Virus record (IMG/VR): IMGVR_UViG_3300033984_000268 | Span: 1-64,000 of that record | Strand: one strand, 5' to 3' | Length of the DNA: 64,000 nucleotides | DNA from: a virus | Taxonomy: Duplodnaviria; Caudoviricetes | Part shown: positions 8,448 to 18,300 of the stretch, piece after piece | How the letters are laid out: each line of letters starts with the position of its first letter | How positions within the stretch are numbered: the first letter of the stretch is position 1 | The notes under the pieces: generated by a model | What the model was told of the DNA's origin: nothing | What the model saw: only the letters and a program-made list of their open reading frames with translations | Databases searched by the model: none | Position numbers and translations under genes: made by a program

Positions 8448-10089
8448 AACAAAAACAGAAGAATTTTTAAGAGCAATTAAATTGCCAGAAGAAACAAAAA
8501 CGTATGCTGTAATCGGACATGGTTACATAATCGATAAGGTTAGAGAAATGCTTGCGTTAAAAGGGTTCGTTGTAACAGAAGAACTATATAAAGGTGAGAA
8601 CAAAGGACAGGAAGCAATGGCTTTTATGCAGCTGGAAAATTCAAAAGATCCAGACATGGGAATGACATTCAACTGGACCAATTCCTACAACAAAAAATTG
8701 AAATTTTCATGTGCTATTGGTGGATTTATCTACGACAGCAAAGTACCATTTGTATCATCTGATTCTAAATCAAGATACAATAGATTACACAAAGGAACTG
8801 CATTAAGTGAAACAACTGAAGTGATTGAACAAATGATTGAACAAGCCGAAGAACATTTCGATAAAATTATTGAAATGAAACAAAAATTTGCAAGCATAGA
8901 CGTGTCAAGAAAAGACTACGCTAAACTTATGGGTTTACTTTATTTTGATAAACAGGCAATCAGTTCAGAACAAATAAACATTGTAAAACGTGAATACGAT
9001 AAACCTTCGTTTAAATGTAATCATCCAGGAACATTGTGGAGCTTGTATAAAACAATTATGTTTGCTATTGTAGATCAATCGCCAAACCAATGGTATCAAC
9101 AGCAAATTAAAATCAACAACTACGTTCAAATCTTGTACAATATTGCACATGAAGACAATCGTGATGGAGATAACTTTGTAGCTGAAGATGAACCAGAAAT
9201 GCAAGTATCGTTAACAATGACGGATGAACAAATCGAAATGGCTGAATCTGAATATGCTTATCCATTAGAAACAGTAGGTGTAAGAGAATTTCCATTGGAA
9301 GATGGTCAGTATGGAAAACCTTTTGATGAAGAAAATCCATTAGTTGAAGGTGAGGTGACTTTAGATATAATTCCTGTAGAAGAAAAGTCTGAAGAGCTCC
9401 AAGAGATTGATAAAGTCCTTGCTGAAAAAGAACAACCTGCTGTATCATTCTTTGATTCAATTGACAAAAAAGATACACCTGCAGATTTTCCTCCAATTGG
9501 TTGTGAAGCAACATGTGAGAACTGTGGTTCAGAAGATGTAATCTTTAATGCATCAGCTCAAATGATTTGTGATAATTGTGGTCACGAAGAAGACACTGGA
9601 TTAGGTGATGATGAATTCGAAGAACCAGAACAAGTTTTTGAAGAAGAAGAAGATGAATTGAATGATATGTTCTTAAATGAAGATACATCAGATTCATTCG
9701 TAGAAGTTGACGAAATAGTTCTTCCTACAGAAAAACCTATTGAAGATGAATTTTCAATGGAAGAAGTTCCATGGCAAACAACTGAAACTCCTGAACAAAT
9801 GAATGCATTGCGTAATGCAATGATTGCAGATGAAGAATCATCAGTTATGCCTGAACCAGCAAAACAAACTAATGTAGAAGATTTGTTTGATTTAGAAGAA
9901 GATTTCAATTTTGATGAAGAACCTGAACCTGTAGTTATACCTGTAGCAAAAACAGTTAAGAACCCTAAAATAGGAGAGTTCATTGAGCGTTTCTATAAAG
10001 GTGATCCGAATCAAGCTGACTTGCAAGTTACTGAAACAGAACAATACACTATCGTGGAATTAAATACACACGAAACTTTTGTACTTTAA
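8437..10089 (+). CDS. DUF932-like protein with a long acidic C-terminal region and a Zn ribbon
   Basis: N-terminal TKTYAVIGH...WTNSYNKKLKF...GTLWSLY pattern resembles DUF932; D/E-rich tail contains CENC...CDNC; start taken at ATG 8437. Confidence 0.65.
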   Translation: MQNRTKTEEFLRAIKLPEETKTYAVIGHGYIIDKVREMLALKGFVVTEELYKGENKGQEAMAFMQLENSKDPDMGMTFNWTNSYNKKLKFSCAIGGFIYDSKVPFVSSDSKSRYNRLHKGTALSETTEVIEQMIEQAEEHFDKIIEMKQKFASIDVSRKDYAKLMGLLYFDKQAISSEQINIVKREYDKPSFKCNHPGTLWSLYKTIMFAIVDQSPNQWYQQQIKINNYVQILYNIAHEDNRDGDNFVAEDEPEMQVSLTMTDEQIEMAESEYAYPLETVGVREFPLEDGQYGKPFDEENPLVEGEVTLDIIPVEEKSEELQEIDKVLAEKEQPAVSFFDSIDKKDTPADFPPIGCEATCENCGSEDVIFNASAQMICDNCGHEEDTGLGDDEFEEPEQVFEEEEDELNDMFLNEDTSDSFVEVDEIVLPTEKPIEDEFSMEEVPWQTTETPEQMNALRNAMIADEESSVMPEPAKQTNVEDLFDLEEDFNFDEEPEPVVIPVAKTVKNPKIGEFIERFYKGDPNQADLQVTETEQYTIVELNTHETFVL

Positions 10090-10099
10090 ATTATTAATC

Positions 10100-10130
10100 A
10101 GCCGCATCTTAATTGGTGCGGCTTTATCTT
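10100..10130 (+). terminator. hairpin, probable weak terminator
   Basis: AGCCGCATC-ttaatt-GGTGCGGCT followed by TTATCTT. Confidence 0.6.
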
Positions 10131-10136
10131 AAATCT

Positions 10137-11456
10137 ATGAGCAATACAATTTTTGACACACGTCGTGTGCAAATAGAATACACCCCTGGTCAAAGAACTG
10201 CTCTTGAAAAAGTAGAAGAATTTTTACGAGGTAGTGACAACTTCTTTTTACTTGCAGGTTATTCAGGTTGTGGTAAAACAACCATTGCTGAAAACATTGC
10301 AACGTATGCAAAAGCAGACCTGATGGCTCCAACAAATGCAGCTGTTAACAGGTTAAAAGAAAAAATTAATACAGGAAGTTCATTCACCCAATTTTCTACA
10401 ATACATAGAGTGTTGTTTTCACCTGGAGAAAAGAAAGGAAAGTTTTTTGAAAAAGGTGGATTAAGGCCTAATAAGACTTACATCATTGATGAATGTTCTA
10501 TGATTGACAAGTACGTTCTTGAAGTAATTATGAAGCGTGCTAAAGAAGGTCGCTGTAAAATTATATTCATGGGAGATAGCTTTCAGCTAGAACCAGTAGG
10601 GGAAAACCCTTTCATCTTTGATTGGGAAAATTCTTATCCTGAAGACTTTTTAGTAGAGAATAAGTATGAACTTACCGAAGTTAAAAGATATGATGGGAAT
10701 TTGCTTAAAATCGCAACAGAAATGCGTACAAGTAAAGAACCAGCATTCAATGCAATCGATAACGATGACTTAATCATAGCAGATAAGTTTACAACATCAT
10801 TGATTAAAGACATCAAGAATGCATCAAGTTATGTTGTATTAACATCTACCAATGCTAAACGTGTAACCTATAACAGAAAAATTCGTTCTGCTCGTTTCAA
10901 ACTTAATGGTAATGACTTGAATTATGCAATGAACAAAGACAAGTTAGTTAGTGTAAGCAATAGTTCGTTGTTTTCCAATGGAGAAATCTATGTGTTAGAA
11001 GATGCAAAACTAATGCAAGAGTTTACTATCACTGTTGAGCATAAACGCGAAGAAGATGGTTACAAAACATATCGTGCTTTAATTTACACAGAAGGTGACC
11101 GTACTACATTATTGATACCAGATTTAGAAGAACCATCATTGCAAGGCCCAACAATCATTAAATCTTTTGACAGAGGGCATAGCGTACTCCCACAACATCT
11201 ATACAAACTTTTAATAAATGAATGGACAGATAAATTTGGTAATAAGAAAAAAATGTTGCAAAAACACGTTATCGTTTCTACTTATGGTTATGCAATCAGT
11301 TGTCATAAAGCACAAGGACAAGAATGGGATAATGTGTATATCGATGCCGAATGGTTAATGCCTGTATGGGATTATGCTAAATGGTTCTACACAGCAATCA
11401 CCAGAGCTAAATGTAAAGTTGAAGTTACAACTAATAAATACTTATCAATTAATTAA
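10137..11456 (+). CDS. SF1B DNA helicase (Dda/RecD-like)
   Basis: GYSGCGKTT, APTNAA, IIDECSM, GDSFQLEPV, YAISCHKAQGQEW and YTAITRA motifs. Confidence 0.92.
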   Translation: MSNTIFDTRRVQIEYTPGQRTALEKVEEFLRGSDNFFLLAGYSGCGKTTIAENIATYAKADLMAPTNAAVNRLKEKINTGSSFTQFSTIHRVLFSPGEKKGKFFEKGGLRPNKTYIIDECSMIDKYVLEVIMKRAKEGRCKIIFMGDSFQLEPVGENPFIFDWENSYPEDFLVENKYELTEVKRYDGNLLKIATEMRTSKEPAFNAIDNDDLIIADKFTTSLIKDIKNASSYVVLTSTNAKRVTYNRKIRSARFKLNGNDLNYAMNKDKLVSVSNSSLFSNGEIYVLEDAKLMQEFTITVEHKREEDGYKTYRALIYTEGDRTTLLIPDLEEPSLQGPTIIKSFDRGHSVLPQHLYKLLINEWTDKFGNKKKMLQKHVIVSTYGYAISCHKAQGQEWDNVYIDAEWLMPVWDYAKWFYTAITRAKCKVEVTTNKYLSIN

Positions 11457-11458
11457 TT

Positions 11459-11731
11459 ATGGCACATTTAGATTTTAAAATAACATCCTGGAAAAGGGTG
11501 TTTGTACCTGATGATAAAATTCAGGAAACAATTCAAAAACTTAAAGAAGGTGAATGCGATACACCTTATGATTTAATAGAAGAAGAAGGCTATTATGAAT
11601 CTACTGGCGACATAGATCAGATTTGTGAAGAGCCAATGATACCTAGTGAAAACTATGGTTGTTCTACACAAGAACTATATGATGAGATGGGTAATATTAT
11701 TTATAGAAATGGAACAGAAGATGACGAATGA
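11459..11731 (+). CDS. hypothetical acidic protein
   Basis: 90-aa ORF in a tightly packed run. Confidence 0.6.
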   Translation: MAHLDFKITSWKRVFVPDDKIQETIQKLKEGECDTPYDLIEEEGYYESTGDIDQICEEPMIPSENYGCSTQELYDEMGNIIYRNGTEDDE

Positions 11732-12044
11732 TGATGAACCATTAATGAAAATGGGAGCTCCCACACAAGCTGAAAAGTTATTGTGGGAGCGACATTCCAA
11801 TCAATTACTTTCAGAGCAAGTGAAAGAGTTGGAACTGGAATTAAAAAAAACACAAAAGGAATTTGCTGAATACAAAAGCACTGTGCTAAACAACAACATT
11901 GCACAGATGTTGAACAAACTTAATCGAATGAAAGATGAAAAAGTTTTCACTATAGAAAAGATTAAGAAGTTACAACAAGACAATGAAAAGTTGCTACAGA
12001 GATGCATAAAGTATCAAATCGAACTACGACCAATAAATGAGTAG
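11721..12044 (+). CDS. hypothetical coiled-coil protein
   Basis: Heptad-rich sequence; start taken at ATG 11721. Confidence 0.6.
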   Translation: MTNDDEPLMKMGAPTQAEKLLWERHSNQLLSEQVKELELELKKTQKEFAEYKSTVLNNNIAQMLNKLNRMKDEKVFTIEKIKKLQQDNEKLLQRCIKYQIELRPINE

Positions 12045-12252
12045 TTGGACTGGTTTTAGCGAAGAAACAGCAGCAATCAAAGAAGTAAATCTTGAAATCG
12101 AAAGGTTTCAAAAAAAGATGGAAGCGTTTAAATTAAGAATGGCAAAGGAGCTTCTTGAAAAACGTCCATCATATACAATAAAAGAACGTGGTGCAATCAA
12201 ACGTGCGGCATTAGATTTAAGAGAGTCCTTATTATTAATAACAAAATTATGA
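12037..12252 (+). CDS. hypothetical protein
   Basis: 71-aa ORF overlapping both neighbours. Confidence 0.55.
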   Translation: MSSWTGFSEETAAIKEVNLEIERFQKKMEAFKLRMAKELLEKRPSYTIKERGAIKRAALDLRESLLLITKL

Positions 12253-12470
12253 GCAAATATAAAATTGACAGAGCAAATAGCAGAGATGACTATGACAACA
12301 TGTGTTTCCAACCATCTGATGGTGGATTATATGACAAAGAAATTGCGTTAAGTCTTCTTGAAAATAGATCTGGTGGAAGTATGCAGAATGCAAAAACTGG
12401 CGCAGGTTTTATGGTAAGTTATAACCGAAATGAAAATGATTGGTTAAGAAAGAAATTAAAAATCAAGTGA
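12249..12470 (+). CDS. hypothetical protein
   Basis: 73-aa ORF, ATGA-coupled. Confidence 0.55.
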   Translation: MSKYKIDRANSRDDYDNMCFQPSDGGLYDKEIALSLLENRSGGSMQNAKTGAGFMVSYNRNENDWLRKKLKIK

Positions 12471-12925
12471 TGGAAAGAAGATTTACAGTTTGGGTAGGTG
12501 GTAGTGAAGCAAATGACAACTATCTAACCCAAAAAGAAGCAGAAAGTTTAGCAGCTAATTGTATAGCTACAGGTTATAATGATACAGTAATTCAAGAACT
12601 AACAGGTTCTATTACAGCATCTGATTTTATTTCATGGTATTTTTCAGATGAAGATGATGTATTGAATATTGGTAGAGAAGTCATCAGTGCAATAAAAACC
12701 GCAGGTTCTAGTACAATAACAGTAAAAAGTTTATTTGATTCCTGTGGATACATACCAGCAGATAAATGTACAATGTTTGTAAAGGTTGATGATGATTATG
12801 AATTTGAACCAAATGATTTAATCTTTGTTGATGACTTGACTGAAATAAAAGAATGTCACAAATGTCACCAGGAATACAATGGTGATTTAGATTATTGTCC
12901 TAAATGTTTAACATGCGTATCATAA
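12470..12925 (+). CDS. hypothetical protein with a C-terminal Zn ribbon
   Basis: CHKC...YCPKC at the C-terminus; TGATG-coupled start at 12470. Confidence 0.6.
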   Translation: MERRFTVWVGGSEANDNYLTQKEAESLAANCIATGYNDTVIQELTGSITASDFISWYFSDEDDVLNIGREVISAIKTAGSSTITVKSLFDSCGYIPADKCTMFVKVDDDYEFEPNDLIFVDDLTEIKECHKCHQEYNGDLDYCPKCLTCVS

Positions 12926-12929
12926 AATT

Positions 12930-13154
12930 ATGGCTAAAATAGATTACAATAAACACATCTGGGAAGGTTGGACAGTTAGATCATTTATTGATGAACTTGA
13001 ACCAACCTTCAATATGATTATGAATAATGGTTCATGGCAAAAACCATTTGCTTCTAAAGAAGAGTTGAAGGAATGGTGTAAAGACAATCAACCTTATTAC
13101 AAGAAACACATTCCCGGTGTGTACAATCACTTTCTTAAATTAGCAAATTTATGA
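12930..13154 (+). CDS. hypothetical phage protein
   Basis: 74-aa Trp-rich ORF (IWEGWTV...NQPYYKK). Confidence 0.6.
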   Translation: MAKIDYNKHIWEGWTVRSFIDELEPTFNMIMNNGSWQKPFASKEELKEWCKDNQPYYKKHIPGVYNHFLKLANL

Positions 13155-13396
13155 GCAAACAAATAACTATTGGCAGTAGAGTTTATGTAGTACATAAAGA
13201 TTATGCTAATAAAAACAAAGTCAATGGTAGAGTTGTTCTTGCAAGAATAACAGCATTTGTAAATAAAAATGGAAAAGTAAATCCAGAATTTAGATTGATC
13301 GGACAGCCTGGTGCAACACCAGATATTAGCACTTCTCATTATGAGTGGTTTACCGATATTGAATTAGCTATCAATTCAATTAAAACTGATGTATAG
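13151..13396 (+). CDS. hypothetical protein
   Basis: 81-aa ORF, ATGA-coupled. Confidence 0.55.
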   Translation: MSKQITIGSRVYVVHKDYANKNKVNGRVVLARITAFVNKNGKVNPEFRLIGQPGATPDISTSHYEWFTDIELAINSIKTDV

Positions 13397-13541
13397 TATT
13401 CACGTACCAGAAGCAAATGGAATGCCTTTAGAAAGGTGGACAGCTTATATGTGGTGCATATTAATTTCAAAAGAACTTACCAAAACTCACTATCTATGTA
13501 CAGTAGATGGTGAGAGTTGGATTAAACCTCATGACGTATGA
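13389..13541 (+). CDS. small hypothetical protein, 50 aa (MYSIHVPEANG...), missing from the ORF track
   Basis: Read manually: fills the gap, overlaps the upstream stop and ends in an ATGA overlap with the next ORF. Confidence 0.55.
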   Translation: MYSIHVPEANGMPLERWTAYMWCILISKELTKTHYLCTVDGESWIKPHDV

Positions 13542-13792
13542 TTTACATTGTATATGAATGCGATAAACATCGCACACATGCATCTACTTGTGTAAAAGAA
13601 ATTTTCACAAGTAAGCAACAAGCACTTTCATTTTACAATAAAGGTGTAAAGTTATTTAAGATGCAGGGAGAATCCGAATGGTTCCTCAACCTAGCTACAC
13701 ATTCACCAAGATTAAATTTAAGTTTGGATAATGATGTGTTGCACGACATGGTGTTAATTAAATCAAATGAAGATGGCTTTGTCAGCAGATGA
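13538..13792 (+). CDS. hypothetical protein
   Basis: 84-aa ORF. Confidence 0.55.
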   Translation: MIYIVYECDKHRTHASTCVKEIFTSKQQALSFYNKGVKLFKMQGESEWFLNLATHSPRLNLSLDNDVLHDMVLIKSNEDGFVSR

Positions 13793-14303
13793 TATATCAA
13801 GAGATGATACAATTAGATTGGTCAGGATTGCAATTAAATGTGCAGACCTGTTGCCAGATTTCGATGTGGTAAATGACCTTTACCTAGATGGAAAATCGAA
13901 ATATGTAAAACACGAAATCAAAGAACCTTTTGAAAAGCTTGGAACTGGTTTAGAAAAATTCAGTTCAGCTTTTTTGAAACCATTTGTAGAAGCAGATTCG
14001 CAAACACAAATGGAATTGCAACAAATGTTCCGCGATTTTACAAACCGAGTATGGTTTGTAAACGAAGAAATGACAGCATTGGCTATGTTGTATGCAAAGT
14101 CTAAAAGTATTTCAGCAGACATTGCGGAAATGGAATTTAAAGACATCCCTTTGACATACATCAAGACGTTATGTGATGACTTCAACAAAAAAACTGAAAC
14201 CAAATACAAAGGTGTATTTGGAATGACCGACAAAGATGGTTTAGGATTACCCCACATCATTGAAGGACTTAATAACTTGGGTAAAAAAATAATGCACAGC
14301 TAA
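13767..14303 (+). CDS. hypothetical protein
   Basis: 178-aa ORF, TAATG-coupled to the MazG-like gene. Confidence 0.65.
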   Translation: MKMALSADDISRDDTIRLVRIAIKCADLLPDFDVVNDLYLDGKSKYVKHEIKEPFEKLGTGLEKFSSAFLKPFVEADSQTQMELQQMFRDFTNRVWFVNEEMTALAMLYAKSKSISADIAEMEFKDIPLTYIKTLCDDFNKKTETKYKGVFGMTDKDGLGLPHIIEGLNNLGKKIMHS

Positions 14304-14683
14304 TGGAAAAACAATTAGAACAAGTAAAAGAATTTCATGAAAAATTTTTGCAAGACATGAACAGCACTCCTGAACTTCTTTCTATAGAAGAATCTAGGTT
14401 ACGTTACGCACTGATGAAAGAAGAGAATCAAGAATATTTGGAAGCTGCAAAAGACGAAGATATTATTGAGATACTTGATGCATGTGCAGACCAGTTGTAC
14501 ATTTTATGCGGAACCATTTTAAAACATGGATTACAAGACATGATTGTTCCTGCATTTAATTTAGTTCATGCAAACAACATGGCAAAGTTAGGACTAGATG
14601 GTAAACCAATCTTTAGAGAAGATGGTAAAATAATTAAGCCTGAAGGATTTGAAAAAGTAGAACTTAAAACATTGTTCAAATGA
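14303..14683 (+). CDS. MazG-like (all-alpha) nucleoside triphosphate pyrophosphohydrolase
   Basis: LMKEENQEY...EILDACADQLYI...NMAKL..DGKPIFREDGKIIKP pattern. Confidence 0.85.
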   Translation: MEKQLEQVKEFHEKFLQDMNSTPELLSIEESRLRYALMKEENQEYLEAAKDEDIIEILDACADQLYILCGTILKHGLQDMIVPAFNLVHANNMAKLGLDGKPIFREDGKIIKPEGFEKVELKTLFK

Positions 14684-14829
14684 GTGCTGGCATAACATAT
14701 AACGGAAAGGTTGTCTATATCAGGGCAACCTTTGATCAAAGCACAATGGTGCTTGTCAGTTACAAGAAAAAAGGAGCACAGTTTAAAGTACAAACAACTG
14801 AATTAATAGGGTACACAGAAAAAAAATAA
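14680..14829 (+). CDS. small hypothetical protein, 49 aa (MSAGITYNGKVVY...), missing from the ORF track
   Basis: Read manually: ATGA overlap with the upstream stop, TAA at 14827-14829; fills the gap. Confidence 0.55.
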   Translation: MSAGITYNGKVVYIRATFDQSTMVLVSYKKKGAQFKVQTTELIGYTEKK

Positions 14830-14835
14830 AACGAT

Positions 14836-15384
14836 ATGTTTAATCTTGAAGATGAATTAAAAAAAGAAACACAAAAAAGTTATATGTTTCTTTGGCCTTT
14901 GTTGAACTTACCAACAAATATAAAACCTATCAACACGTATTTAGGTTTTAAAGATGCAAACACAGACAAGCCTTTGATAATTGGAATGTTCCACAAAGAT
15001 TTGTTTAATTACAAACAACAGAAAAGAATTCTAGTGCAAAATAAAAATTACCAAGTCTATTTTACAGACGATGGATTTGATTATTTTGTTTTTGAATTAA
15101 AGGATTATAAACATGACTACGCGTTAATTATTAATGGAATGTATTCTGATGTCAGTCAACGTACTAAAAATAGAATCATTGGTTCTTCTGTACATAAAAT
15201 GACTGGACTAGCATTATATCCAGATGATATACGAAATGAAATCGCAGATCTTTTTAATGTAAAAGAAGGACCAAAAGAAATTCTTGGTCCTCCTAATTTT
15301 GAAACTGAACTTATATCAGCGTCTGAACGCATGATTAAATTATTCAAAGGATGCTTTATTAAAACTTGCGAAATTCTTGTTTAA
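14836..15384 (+). CDS. hypothetical phage protein (last gene of the plus-strand arm)
   Basis: 182-aa ORF; its 3' end overlaps the convergent giant ORF. Confidence 0.65.
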   Translation: MFNLEDELKKETQKSYMFLWPLLNLPTNIKPINTYLGFKDANTDKPLIIGMFHKDLFNYKQQKRILVQNKNYQVYFTDDGFDYFVFELKDYKHDYALIINGMYSDVSQRTKNRIIGSSVHKMTGLALYPDDIRNEIADLFNVKEGPKEILGPPNFETELISASERMIKLFKGCFIKTCEILV

Positions 15385-18300
15385 GTCCGTATGCCGCGTC
15401 TATCATTTTGCCATCAAATCCTTCGTATTTTAAATATAAATTAAAAAGTTTACTACGACCTGATTGTTGCCAACGTAATGGACCGGCATCTTTTTCATAA
15501 ACTTCACCCTCTAAAGCAATGTCAAATCCGTTAAGTATATCACTTAACGGATTTGCTGTTGAAAAAACACCTTTCATCATAGACATATTAACACCTTGAT
15601 TCAGCATAGGCATTGGATAAAAAGCACTTGTTTCTTTTCTTACACCGACAATTGTTCGTAAAAGTTGTATTTTAAAAAAATTAGAAGCATCAAAATCTCG
15701 CCCTTTTTGAGAGGTATATTGCTTATCTACAATATCACCTGTAATATCTGTAATAAATTTAGGTGCTTGTGGAACACTTGTTAATGCCGACATCCATCTA
15801 AACATACCTTCTTGTTCTTCATCAAAAAGAAAACTATGTTGTTTGTCATCATCACCATCGTAAAGTTTAAATCTCATAGTTGTTTGAGCAAGATACAATG
15901 CAATTTCAATTGAAATACCAATAGCAATCTTTAAAAGACCTGTATAGTTTTCATACGATAAGTGCTTACCTCTTGTTCTAATAAGTTCTCCAATAGATTC
16001 TAATATTGCAACATAAGAACCTAATTCTCTTGTACCAGATGCAATATTATTTCTTGGTGTAAATCGAACACCTACTGCTACTTTTTTTCCTAAAATTTCT
16101 TTATGTTTAAATTTAACTTTACCGTATGTAATTCTATCTCTTAATAAGTTTGGAAAAAATTTAATTAAAAATAATCCCATCTTTCCCATAAGATTCCTAT
16201 AAATATCAGGAGCATTCAAATCATTTGTTGCACCAATAGTTTTGGTTAAAGTATTTTGATGAACATCCATTAAATGATTTAATTTAGAACCAAGTATAAT
16301 TTTATTGTCCGCAGAATAAGAAATAGAATATTCTTCTGGAACATTTGGCATTGTTACTATACGTCCTTGAGCATCTAACTGTATTGCTTTAAACAAAGTA
16401 GTTTGTTTACCATTTAATTCAAACTTATTATGATTTAAAATTGCAAAAAATTGATGCAACGGAACCATGTCACCAAGATATTTTCTTATAGCATATCGTT
16501 GATTACCTTTAAAAATAGACTGCATAAATGTTGTACCTCCATTATGACCTGCACGTTTTTTAGCAAAGTCTGGAATAGCATCCATAACTGTTATCAATTG
16601 TATAATTGGATCTTTTTGTTTTTTAGTCCATGATTCTGATACAATTTTATTAGAAGCAGCTGCAGCCATTCTTTTTGTAACACGTAAATCATTTGGATTT
16701 AAAACTTTACCTTCTGCCGATGTTGCCGCTAACATAATTTCACCACTGGCGTAGTTTTTTACACCACTATACACATTATAACTAAAGAATCGTTTACTTA
16801 ATGCTTTACTTGTAAATTGCGTAATTCGCAATGCATAAGTACCATATCTACCATCAAAACCATCAGGCATTACAACTTGAACACCATCAATATGTTTATC
16901 AATCATTTTATTAATATTCTTTAATCGACCACTTTCAGCTGCTGAAAGTGTAGGTTTAGCCATATTTAATGTTTCAAATGATTGTTTTAATTTAATAAGA
17001 TCTGGATCAGCACCAAGATTTTTAATTGTATCCTGTAACATTTGTACAACAGGGTTAATATCACGAGCAACTTTATATGTTTCAACTGAATACAGCCATC
17101 TACCCATAATAGAAACAATGTTTCTACTTTGTTCAGCTAAAGGCATTTCATAATTACCAGTAATCGGTCTGGTCATTGTGTTTGATAATGCATTTGAATC
17201 ATATCCTACAGAAGCTTTACGGTATTGATCACTATCAAAATCATCAGTATTGCTTTTACTAAAAGCTCTTATTATATTTAGACGCTTTCTTTCAAAAAAT
17301 CCTTTTGTAGTAACATTTTCTATAGTTCCATGAATTTTTTCTTTAGGAAAAGCAAGTCCGTTTGTTTGTGATGAATCTAATCCAATTTGATTATCCAAAT
17401 ATACATTCTTTAAATACATCAAAGCATCAAACAATTCTGGTTTAGAACGTAACATTTCTTGATATTCATCATTAATAAAGTTAGTTCCTATTGCACCTTC
17501 ATTAACAGTCTTTGGTAACCATTGTCCTTTTGAATCTTTATTTGCAAGAATCAATTGACCATTTTGAAGTTCATCTCTTTCAATTTCAGGTGTAACATAT
17601 TCGCTTTTTACAACCTTTGACTTATATGATTTATTTGGAACACGTGGTTCACCATTTACTTCTAAAGTACCATTAGGAAATAAATCATGATTCATAATTT
17701 TAGTGTTGTAATACTTATCTACATCGTAAGGTCCTGAAAAATTCCATACTGTAGATTTTGTCCATATACTAACAACACCTTTTGGAACTTGATACCCAAT
17801 TGCTGGATCTAATGCATAAACAACTTTTTCATCAGCAAAATGATTTGCTTCAAACCATGTTTTAAATTCAGGTGATAACTCTTTTAATTCATCGATTAAA
17901 TCTAAATCAGATAACAATATATCAACCATGTCTTCTGATAAAACAGGATTATTATACAAGTCACTATGCTTATATGTTTTTTTTACAGCATTGTAAACAG
18001 CATCATAAACATCAGAATTTTTATACATGAAATCAAACCACATATTTTTATAATCTTCTGTACTTCTTGAATATGACATTTCGCGTAAGTCATTATCAAT
18101 TTGATCAACTTCAAGCAAGTCTTCATCATTAACCTCAAGTCCTTGAAGTTTAGTACGTAGAATTAATTTAAAAGCTTCCAGTCTTAATTTTTCATGAGGT
18201 TTAAGATTTTTTCTATTACTCAACCTAACATAATCTAAATATTGATGCTTGCTTAAACCGCTTTTAGTAATAAACAAATTTTTACCATCTTGAATTTGTT

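Noticed and set aside
777-10136. ORF-track starts at 777, 1093, 3773, 8401 and 10113
   Set aside because: They overlap upstream genes or hairpins; downstream ATGs at 801, 1117, 3869, 8437 and 10137 fit translational coupling better
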